DNA of 64,000 nucleotides. Origin: Candidatus Woesearchaeota archaeon (GTDB taxonomy: Archaea > Nanobdellota > Nanobdellia > Pacearchaeales > GW2011-AR1). Below are positions 1 to 7,681 of the stretch, piece by piece; positions within the stretch are counted from its first letter, which is position 1; every line of letters begins with the position of its first letter. Position numbers and translations under genes: made by a program. Under the pieces are notes generated by a model. That model was given only the letters and a program-made list of their open reading frames with translations, was not told where the DNA came from and ran no database searches. The stretch is taken from NCBI GenBank assembly GCA_964514585.1, contig CAZETU010000001.1, positions 98,850 to 162,849 of the forward strand. Reading direction: 5' to 3'.

Positions 1-254
1 TGGAGAAAAAACCATTCAAAGCTCTTCTTGGAAAACAAGTTGTAACAAAAGAGGGTAAAAAATTAGGTATTGTTAAAGATATAACATTTGAAGCCAGAAC
101 AGGCGAATTAATACACATTGTCCTTAGGGATTTAACAACATACACAGCAAATTTATCTTTAGAAAGGACAAAAGAAAGAGAAGCGTTGGTTCCATATAAT
201 TCAGTTATAGCAGTTGGTGATTTTATTGTAGTTTCAGAAGAAGATCTATTATAA
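1..254 (+). CDS. PRC-barrel domain protein (5' end at or just beyond window edge)
   Basis: Open frame from base 3 to TAA at 252-254. Translation EKKPFKALLGKQVVTKEGKKLGIVKDITFEARTGELIHIVL...VIAVGDFIVVSEEDLL resembles PRC-barrel proteins. Not in the ORF track because no start codon lies inside the window. Confidence 0.5.
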   Translation, partial: EKKPFKALLGKQVVTKEGKKLGIVKDITFEARTGELIHIVLRDLTTYTANLSLERTKEREALVPYNSVIAVGDFIVVSEEDLL

Positions 255-288
255 TAAAACTTATAAACCACTTTTATCAAAACCTAAT

Positions 289-690
289 ATGGCAAATATG
301 AAATTAATTGGAGCAAAATTCACAAAAGTGAACGCAGAGAGAAACCCCGATTTTAGCGGCAAACTATCTATGGATACAAATATCAAAATCACAGAATTAG
401 ATAGAGTTAAAGACTCCAAAGACGCCGTAAAAATCTCATATTTATTCGGAATAGACTATGGAGAATTAGGAAAAATATCAATAGAAGGTAGTCTTTTTGT
501 AACAACTGACTCAAAAACAGTAAAAGAATTAATCAAATTATGGAAAGATAAAAAAGTAGATACTCCAGAAATGATTGCAATAACAAACCTAATCATACAA
601 AAAGCCTCAATAAGGGCTTTTGAATTAGAAGAAGAATTAGGTCTACCAATCCACATCAAACTCCCCTCTTTATCGATCAAAAAAGATTAA
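289..690 (+). CDS. hypothetical protein
   Basis: 133-aa ORF with ordinary composition. The antisense ORF 456-680 is a shadow. I recognised no motif. Confidence 0.5.
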   Translation: MANMKLIGAKFTKVNAERNPDFSGKLSMDTNIKITELDRVKDSKDAVKISYLFGIDYGELGKISIEGSLFVTTDSKTVKELIKLWKDKKVDTPEMIAITNLIIQKASIRAFELEEELGLPIHIKLPSLSIKKD

Positions 691-732
691 TCAATCATTT
701 TATATATGATAATTTTTCTATAGTATATTATT

Positions 733-813
733 GCCCATATCGCATAATGGTATTGCACGCGGCTCGAACCCGCGGCCGTTCTCGGCGTCCCCGTTCGATT
801 CGGGGTATGGGCG
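733..813 (+). tRNA. tRNA-Ser (anticodon CGA)
   Basis: Hand-folded cloverleaf. Acceptor GCCCATA/TATGGGC, anticodon arm CGCGG-CTCGAAC-CCGCG, long variable arm GCCG-ttct-CGGC, T arm CCCCG-TTCGATT-CGGGG. CCA is not encoded. Confidence 0.85.
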
Positions 814-814
814 T

Positions 815-2431
815 CTATAAACCACTCATTTTTTTATTACCACTAACACCAGCCTTCACACCAAAATTACTACCAACCTTTTTCACACCATCAACCTTCT
901 TAGTATTCAAATTTTTAATATAATTTTGAACAGGGGAAACACCACCTGGACCCACAGGAATATTATTAGTAGGATTAGACTCATTAACACCCCTTCTTAA
1001 AATCAAAAAATAAAATAAAACCAAAATGATAGCCAAAAAAACAATAATCATAATAACCCAAAAAATCCAATTCACAGTCATATCATCTAACTGGCTCTCA
1101 CTATTATTAACTAAGTCACCACTACCAACCCCATCATTAACAACACTACCATTTAAACCACCCCCAACAGAGGCATTTTCATTACCAGAAGTATCACTAG
1201 CCCCACCACTACTAGACACAGTATCATCCAGAAAAACATAAATAGTATTACTAGACTTCTCATTTTCCCCATCACTAGCATAAATCTTAAACTCATCAGA
1301 CCCATTAAAACTACTCTTCACACCAACACTCATAATAACACCAACAAAACTCACATCTAAATTAACCCCGCCAGTAATACGAAAACTCAAATCATCCCCA
1401 TCATTATCATTAAAATACTCACTTAAATCAACCTTTTCAACCCCACCACTAGGAACAAAAACAAACCCAATCTGCTTAACTAACTTAGGCGCAATATTAA
1501 TATCACTAATATTCACACTAAAAAGATTAGAAGTAATATTATTAAACAAACTCTCAACCCGAATCCCAAAATCCCGAGTTCCAGTAAAATTCTCAGCCGG
1601 CATAAACAAAACATTATCCCCATCAATATCATAATCAACCCACTCACCACCACTATTATTATTCCCAGTAAACGAAAAACTATAACTTAAACTATAGGGT
1701 GAGCTAAAATAACTCAAAATATCAAAAGCATTATTCCAATCAGTATTCATACCAAACTCAAAGTCAGGAATTTCACCCAAAACCACAATCGGCGCGACAA
1801 AAGCCCCATCATCAATAGAATAATACCTAATATAATCAATCGTCTCACCCTTGTAAGCCCGAACCTCCAAGCTCTCATTCCCATTAACTAAAAGATCAAC
1901 CTCAGAAAACTCAAAATAAGACCCACTATCACTAAAAGAAGGCGACCCAATATCAAAAATTCCAGCAACAGACCCAGAACTCAAAATCCGATCATCAATT
2001 TCACTATCAAAATTAGATAAAAGACTATCAAAATAAAGAATAGTACTAGATTCAATAAAAGTATCGTGTGAATTCACACCATCAACAAGCACCTGAGTCC
2101 CATTTAAGTAAAAAACATCAATAAATTTCTCAATCTGTCCAGAATAATCAACTAAATAATTACTAATAGCCCAAACTTCACCACCCCCATTCGTTTTATA
2201 CGCAACATAATCAGTGCAATCACCACCACTCTCCTTCAAAATCACAACATCAGAATTATTTTCAAAAAAAACCGAATCCCAAACAGCTAAAATCTCAGAA
2301 TCACTACAACCACTAACCTCACTAGGTGTCCAAATAACTTCTCCAGTTAAATTATCTCCTAAAAAACTCCAACCAACAAACAAAATCAACAACCCAACAA
2401 CCCAGGTCGCCAAACCTACACACCTTTTCAT
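815..2431 (-). CDS. large secreted/membrane-anchored surface protein
   Basis: ATG at 2431 (MKRCVGLATWVVGLLILFVG signal/anchor). C-terminal TM segment WIFWVIMIIVFLAIILVLFYFLIL. Asp/Asn/Ser/Gly-rich ectodomain with many N-x-S/T sequons. Confidence 0.6.
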   Translation of the reverse strand: MKRCVGLATWVVGLLILFVGWSFLGDNLTGEVIWTPSEVSGCSDSEILAVWDSVFFENNSDVVILKESGGDCTDYVAYKTNGGGEVWAISNYLVDYSGQIEKFIDVFYLNGTQVLVDGVNSHDTFIESSTILYFDSLLSNFDSEIDDRILSSGSVAGIFDIGSPSFSDSGSYFEFSEVDLLVNGNESLEVRAYKGETIDYIRYYSIDDGAFVAPIVVLGEIPDFEFGMNTDWNNAFDILSYFSSPYSLSYSFSFTGNNNSGGEWVDYDIDGDNVLFMPAENFTGTRDFGIRVESLFNNITSNLFSVNISDINIAPKLVKQIGFVFVPSGGVEKVDLSEYFNDNDGDDLSFRITGGVNLDVSFVGVIMSVGVKSSFNGSDEFKIYASDGENEKSSNTIYVFLDDTVSSSGGASDTSGNENASVGGGLNGSVVNDGVGSGDLVNNSESQLDDMTVNWIFWVIMIIVFLAIILVLFYFLILRRGVNESNPTNNIPVGPGGVSPVQNYIKNLNTKKVDGVKKVGSNFGVKAGVSGNKKMSGL

Positions 2432-2508
2432 TATCAATACAACCCAAATCTAAATATAAACCTTTCGAGAAACCAAAAACATATAAAACAAATAAACCTA
2501 AATCAACT

Positions 2509-2778
2509 ATGCCAAAAATCTCCGAACAAAAAATCGAAAAAATCTCCGAACAAATAATATCACACCTATTTTCTATATTCCCAAAACAAATTTTTACAGC
2601 AGATATAGCAAAAGAACTAGCAAGAGACGAAGAATTCATGAAAAACTTATTATTAGAATTAGAAAAAAAAGAATTAGTTATAAAAATAAACAAAAATCCA
2701 AAAGGATTCCAATATTCCAGAAGACTTAGGTGGAGAATTTCAAATAAAGCCTATGAAATTTACAAAAAACATCAATAA
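2509..2778 (+). CDS. small winged-helix-like DNA-binding protein (putative)
   Basis: 89-aa ORF. The segment FTADIAKELARDEEFMKNLLLELEKKELV...GFQYSRRLRWRIS looks like HTH plus wing. A TATA-like AT stretch lies upstream. Confidence 0.45.
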   Translation: MPKISEQKIEKISEQIISHLFSIFPKQIFTADIAKELARDEEFMKNLLLELEKKELVIKINKNPKGFQYSRRLRWRISNKAYEIYKKHQ

Positions 2779-2909
2779 CTCCCAAAAACTATTCTAAAAA
2801 ATACCCCAACAAACCAACAATTAAAACTACTACTCAAACCCAATACAAAATCTAAAAATATATTTCTCAAGACAACTATAATTATAAACCAAGACAACCT
2901 ATTTTTTAA

Positions 2910-3641
2910 ATGGATCCAATAAAAGAGGCCTTTTCTAAAATAAAAGAAGATATACTCTCTCTAAAAAACGAAATCTACAATCTAAAAGAGCAAATATCTA
3001 AAATAAACATCCCAACACTCCAACAAACAAACCAACAGACACGTATTCAGACAATTCCAACACATAATCAAACACAGACACCCCAACAAACAGACATCCC
3101 AACACATAATTCAGGCATTCCAACACATAATTACCAATTAGAGAGCCCATATAGCCCGAATTTGGATAGTTCCATAGGAAATAAAGGGGTTCCAACAAAC
3201 AAACCAACAAACACACAAACAAACCAACAGACACAATATACACAGGGGAATGCCCCAACACACAAACAAACCAACACTTATTCAAACAATCCCAACTCAC
3301 CCCTTGACTTCAAGCAGGCTAATGAAATTCTGGAGTCATTGGATAATATCAAAAAAGGAATTAGGCTTAAGTTTAAGCGTCTAACCCCCCAGGAAATGCT
3401 TGTTTTTAGCACTTTATACACCCTAGAAGAGCAGAAAATGGACCAAATCACATATAGGGCCATAGCTACAAAACTTAATCTCAGCGAGTCTTCTATACGA
3501 GATTATACCAATAAACTCATAAAAAAGGGCATTCCTATCGAAAAAATCAGGCAGAACAATAAAATAATCATTTTAAAAACTTCACAAGATCTAAAAAATG
3601 TAGCTACTTTAGGTACAATTCATCAATTAAGAGAATTATAG
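2910..3641 (+). CDS. coiled-coil / Q-T-N-P-rich linker / C-terminal HTH protein
   Basis: N-terminal heptad-like KEDILSLKNEIYNLKEQISK. Repetitive linker with three IPTHN units and QQT/NQQT runs. C-terminal LTPQEMLVFSTLY...ITYRAIATKLNLSESSIRDYTNKLIKKG is HTH-like. ATAATTATAAA lies about 25 nt upstream of the ATG. Confidence 0.6.
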   Translation: MDPIKEAFSKIKEDILSLKNEIYNLKEQISKINIPTLQQTNQQTRIQTIPTHNQTQTPQQTDIPTHNSGIPTHNYQLESPYSPNLDSSIGNKGVPTNKPTNTQTNQQTQYTQGNAPTHKQTNTYSNNPNSPLDFKQANEILESLDNIKKGIRLKFKRLTPQEMLVFSTLYTLEEQKMDQITYRAIATKLNLSESSIRDYTNKLIKKGIPIEKIRQNNKIIILKTSQDLKNVATLGTIHQLREL

Positions 3642-3670
3642 GGCCAATTTATAGCAATTTTGGCCCTATA
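3637..3670. promoter_or_regulatory. perfect 11-bp inverted repeat (TATAGGGCCAA / TTGGCCCTATA, 12-nt loop) overlapping the stop codon of 2910-3641
   Basis: Read directly. 3637-3647 is the reverse complement of 3660-3670. The GC-rich core stands out in an AT-rich context. Confidence 0.6.
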
Positions 3671-3776
3671 ATCCGAGATGTTACTTTTTAAGAGAATATG
3701 ATTTTATCGTCGACGAATTTCAATTTTATCTAAATTTTTAGTAAACTTTTTACTTCCAATTTTTCAAAATATCAAG

Positions 3777-3796
3777 ATATTCGTTTAAACGAATAT
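3777..3796. repeat. perfect 20-bp palindrome ATATTCGTTTAAACGAATAT
   Basis: Self-complementary over all 20 nt. It lies in the 350-bp gap between two convergent HTH genes. Confidence 0.9.
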
Positions 3797-3990
3797 TAAT
3801 TTATGTCTAACTACTCACTTTTTCTCTGAATTTTTACTCTTTACTGACCCTAAATCTTCATCATTTAGGTATGTCATTTTTTTCTATTATTTAACTCACC
3901 TTTTCGTCCAAAACACCTAGTTTCTTAGCTTTGTCTCACTTTTCGTCCAAAAAAGCTGTTTTTTTGACCAAAAAACTAACATCCTAACTC

Positions 3991-4596
3991 TCACTTTTCG
4001 CGTTTTGACCGTTTTATCTTAACCTTTACACTCTTAATTACCATGTTTTTAACATTTTCAGGCACAAATAGCCTCTTTTTACCGTTTACTTCCCTAGATT
4101 CCTCTATTAGCCCCCCATTTTTTTGTTTTATAGTGTTAATCTGACCTCTAATAGTGCTCTTATCCTTCCCTAGAAGAGCGGCAAGATCCTCATAACTCAA
4201 TTTCATATCAGAATTCAATAAAGCCCACACAATAGCCCTCTCCATCACTGTAAGGTTCTTTAAAACGTCTGTTTGAACATCCGTTTGCCCACCTGTTTGG
4301 ACATCAGCAGCCATTGTTTGTTTTGCCGCACTCGTTTGTGGTTGTTTGGACATAGCAGCCGAAGCCTGTGGCCCAAAGAAAGAAACAAAATCTTTTAGCT
4401 CCATAAGATCCTCATGAATAGTCAAAAGTTGATCTTTTATATTAGTAATTTCATCCTCATGAGAACCATGTTTATCGTCGAGATGCTTAATCCATTCCCC
4501 AACTTTATTAAAATCTTTCTTGACATGATTAAAAGAATCTTGAACCTCTTCTCTTAACTTTTCAACCCTCTTTTTATGTCTAAATAAGCCCAACAT
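3991..4596 (-). CDS. coiled-coil / Q-T-rich linker / C-terminal HTH protein (architecture paralog of 2910-3641)
   Basis: Start moved to the ATG at 4596 (MLGLFRHKKRVEKLREE...). Has an N-terminal coiled-coil, a QPQTSAAKQT...QTGGQTDVQTDV linker, and a C-terminal LTVMERAIVWALL...LSYEDLAALLGKDKSTIRGQINTIKQK HTH. Confidence 0.6.
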   Translation of the reverse strand: MLGLFRHKKRVEKLREEVQDSFNHVKKDFNKVGEWIKHLDDKHGSHEDEITNIKDQLLTIHEDLMELKDFVSFFGPQASAAMSKQPQTSAAKQTMAADVQTGGQTDVQTDVLKNLTVMERAIVWALLNSDMKLSYEDLAALLGKDKSTIRGQINTIKQKNGGLIEESREVNGKKRLFVPENVKNMVIKSVKVKIKRSKREK

Positions 4597-4928
4597 CTTA
4601 CTGTTTCTTAAACAACATTCTTTATAAATGTTTCGTGCTGTTTGAACAACCACTCCCCCAAAACACCCATTTAAACACCAAAACACCCCTTTGCCCAATT
4701 AAAAAACACCCATCGTCCAATCCTTAAACATTAACTTTTATCGACGGCAACAACACTTAAACACCCACTTAAACACTAAATAAATTAAACATAAATTTAA
4801 ACAGCCGTTTAGGGCCCGTTTGAACAACTTTAAGCATCGATCCCGTCCAAACACCCAGTAAAATCCAATCCAATTCGCGCCCAATTCAAGGCCAAAAAAG
4901 TTATAAACTTCAAAACCATCGTTTAAAC

Positions 4929-5222
4929 ATGCAGTTAAAAAAAAAGTTGATATACTCGGCAATCGCCGCTTCAGCGGCGCTAATCACATCAATTTTGATC
5001 CCCATCGTGCCATGTAGGCTTGCCCCAGCTGTCCCAAACCCAACATACAAATGGACCCTCTGCTCTCTTAATCCAGACATTCAAACTTACTCCAATTCAA
5101 TCAAAGAATTCTTCGGCTACACTTCTTCATTAACTGACTCATATTTCATAGTTCTCCTATTAGCATTTGGAATAGCAATGGCATTTTTCCACTACACGAC
5201 AAGGAGAAAAAAAGACAAATAA
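4929..5222 (+). CDS. small membrane protein (2 predicted TM)
   Basis: 97-aa ORF with hydrophobic N- and C-terminal segments and a KKDK tail. GTTTAAAC lies directly upstream of the ATG. Confidence 0.45.
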   Translation: MQLKKKLIYSAIAASAALITSILIPIVPCRLAPAVPNPTYKWTLCSLNPDIQTYSNSIKEFFGYTSSLTDSYFIVLLLAFGIAMAFFHYTTRRKKDK

Positions 5223-5231
5223 GGAGGCAAA

Positions 5232-5423
5232 ATGGAAGATAATAGCTTAATAGGAATCTTAGTTTGGATTGTTGGAATCTTAGTTTCTCTTGCGGTCGGC
5301 GCAGGCATGATTGACAAAACATTAACAGTTCCCGCAATCCCAGAAATCATCACAATTGGCGCAGGCTGGGTGGTTGTAGTGGGTTCAATTATCAGCGTAA
5401 TCTTAACGATTTTCAAAAAATAA
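5232..5423 (+). CDS. small membrane protein (2 predicted TM)
   Basis: 63-aa ORF. AGGAGG lies 8 nt upstream of the ATG. Two hydrophobic helices. Confidence 0.5.
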   Translation: MEDNSLIGILVWIVGILVSLAVGAGMIDKTLTVPAIPEIITIGAGWVVVVGSIISVILTIFKK

Positions 5424-5495
5424 ACCTTCTTTTTTATCCAAATGTTTGTTGGATATAATCCTTCTTTTGGCCCCAAATTTCAATAAAAAATCAGC

Positions 5496-5535
5496 ATTAT
5501 TCACAAAGCACACCTAAGTGCACAACCGCCAAGCA
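5496..5535 (+). repeat. 40-bp direct repeat, copy 1 (ATTATTCACAAAGCACACCTAAGTGCACAACCGCCAAGCA)
   Basis: Identical to 5833-5872. Confidence 0.9.
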
Positions 5536-5565
5536 CCGAGACAGATTTTAGCAAAAACACCGTCC

Positions 5566-5793
5566 TTAAAAATCACCTTTATATGGGGCAGCAGCATCGT
5601 CTCTTAGAGACAAAATAAGCGCAACCATCAGCAAAACAAAACCAGGAAACCCAAAAACCAAAGTGTTTCCCATGGCCTCACTAAAAGTAATCTCAGACGA
5701 ACTACTAACAAGAGGCATGCTAATCATCGACAAAGTTATACCAAGAACCCAACCAATACCGACGCTAAGTGTCACAATCAGCCCTCTTTTCAT
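5566..5793 (-). CDS. small membrane protein (2 predicted TM)
   Basis: 75-aa ORF with two hydrophobic helices, bracketed by the 40-bp direct repeats. Confidence 0.45.
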   Translation of the reverse strand: MKRGLIVTLSVGIGWVLGITLSMISMPLVSSSSEITFSEAMGNTLVFGFPGFVLLMVALILSLRDDAAAPYKGDF

Positions 5794-5832
5794 TCAACCT
5801 AAAGACAACAATAGTTTTTATACTTATCCAAT

Positions 5833-5872
5833 ATTATTCACAAAGCACACCTAAGTGCACAACCGCCAAGCA
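5833..5872 (+). repeat. 40-bp direct repeat, copy 2
   Basis: Identical to 5496-5535. Confidence 0.9.
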
Positions 5873-6391
5873 AGGACAAAATCATCAAGCACACGACCAC
5901 CAAAATCCTTAAAAATTTACACCCCAACTAACCAAAATGACACCCGAAAATAAATGTTACAAAGAATGTTATTACAGACGCCGCCACGACAAATTCTCCG
6001 AAGATGTTTGCGTATATGGAAGAATCCCCATTCCTTCTCCATTCGCGGGTAAAATCTGTCTCTACTATCAAGATGAACAAGGCAAACCTCCAACCTTTCT
6101 AAAGCTTCATGTTCCAAGCTCATCCGAAACACCGCCCCACACTAAAAATCTTATTGAAACCATCAACGCCATTTAATAGTTCGCACAATCCACAATTTAC
6201 CCTCAATAACCGCAAAAGTTCGCCCCAGCAGATTGTACGATCTTGAAAAGTTTGTATAATCTGCGCGTATTGTGCGCTCTTTCTACAAAAGTTCGCACAA
6301 TACAGATTGTATGACGTTCTTCCATTACAAAACGAACGGAATTAGCCCGTTTGCACAAACTTTTTAATATGCGAACGTCTTCAAAACGAAC

Positions 6392-6874
6392 ATGATAAAA
6401 AAGTGCGTCAATTGTGCAGAAGAGAAAGAACATCACGCCAAAGGCCTCTGTTACACCTGTTACAAAAAGCTCAAATGGCAACCAAAATTTGCCACATGCA
6501 AACGATGCAAACGAAAGATGCCCCTCCACGCCAAAGGCCTCTGCGCCGGCTGCTACAACTACATCTTCCACCTAGACAAAAATAAAGCCTACAACCAACG
6601 AAAATCAAACAACGTCGACCTCAAAACCTTCAGAAAAGTCACCAAAGAATGCGCCATCTGCGGCTTCGACAAAATCGTAGATCTCCACCATATCGACAAA
6701 AATAAACAAAACAAATCCCCAAAAAACCTAATCGGCCTCTGTCCAAATCACCACAGGATGATCAACAACTTCAACTTCCGAAACGAAATCTTCCAATCTC
6801 TAAAAGAAAAAGGCTACGACCTCCCCATCGACGAGAAATTAACCTTCCACAAAACCACTTCACCCCAAAACTAG
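6392..6874 (+). CDS. HNH endonuclease-domain protein with duplicated N-terminal zinc-ribbon units
   Basis: The unit HAKGLC-x2-CY occurs twice (CVNCAEEKEHHAKGLCYTCY and CKRCKRKMPLHAKGLCAGCY). C-terminal CAICGF...DLHHID...NLIGLCPNHHRMI matches the C-x2-C...HH...C-x2-H HNH pattern. Confidence 0.65.
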   Translation: MIKKCVNCAEEKEHHAKGLCYTCYKKLKWQPKFATCKRCKRKMPLHAKGLCAGCYNYIFHLDKNKAYNQRKSNNVDLKTFRKVTKECAICGFDKIVDLHHIDKNKQNKSPKNLIGLCPNHHRMINNFNFRNEIFQSLKEKGYDLPIDEKLTFHKTTSPQN

Positions 6875-7681
6875 AATCCACCCCCAACAAATTTTAACCA
6901 CCCCCCAACAAATTTTTCACCCCAATCCCAACACTTTACTCGTTTTCAAATAAAAAATCAATTCTAGGCCCCTCAAAACGCGAAATCCCCCAAAATCCCC
7001 TCACTTCCAAAAATCTAAAAATCCATTTTGTCAAAAATTTCCACAAAAATCAAACAAAATCCAAAAATCCATCAAAATAGTTCGCACAACCCCCAAAAAT
7101 AAAATTTTTTTAAGTGAAAAAGTGAGAGTTAGCAAAAATAAAAAATGACATTTTTAACAAGAAAAGTGAGCTTCAAAAAACAGATCAAAAAAACAAGGGT
7201 TTTAGTAGTAAAGTGAGTATCAAATTTAAGCACAAAATTCCATTTTACCGTCGATAAAACCAATTTTTACACACAGTGTCGTCATTCTAAAGTTCGCACA
7301 ATCCACAAGCTCCTCTAAACATAACCCAACCAATTTACACACAAAACCCACACAAATAAACTAAAACTAAAACTAATCGTTAAACCGAATATCGAAAATT
7401 CCCAAAACCTTACTTACAACTTCATCCCCAAAAGAAAAGCATCAAAATCATCAAAATCAATTTCACCATTATTAACATATTCCCTAAACACTTCCCGAAC
7501 GCCGTCCTCTTGCCCAGGCTCATAACCAAAAACAAACTCCTCCCCGCCCTTATACAAAGTAAGACTCCTTCTCATAAATCCCCCAAAAAACCAACTCTTT
7601 TAAATTTTCCCAATCACACACAAAACTCTAAATACCAACCAACCCTCAAAATCCCGAGGTGCGCACAATCCAGTGCAAAAT

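Noticed and set aside
3642-3990. Replication origin (ORB-like inverted boxes around an AT-rich region)
   Set aside because: The boxes do not resemble the ORB or mini-ORB consensus I know. No orc1/cdc6 gene is in the window. I kept it only as one alternative in the CTCAC-box finding.
5917-6176. Mutually overlapping ORFs 5917-6132 (minus) and 5937-6176 (plus)
   Set aside because: They cannot both be real. Neither has a recognisable motif or clear promoter context, so I left them uncalled.
6203-6585. ORFs 6203-6571 (minus) and 6403-6585 (plus) overlapping the HNH gene
   Set aside because: Only the 6392-6874 frame shows recognisable zinc-ribbon and HNH motifs. The others are frame shadows.
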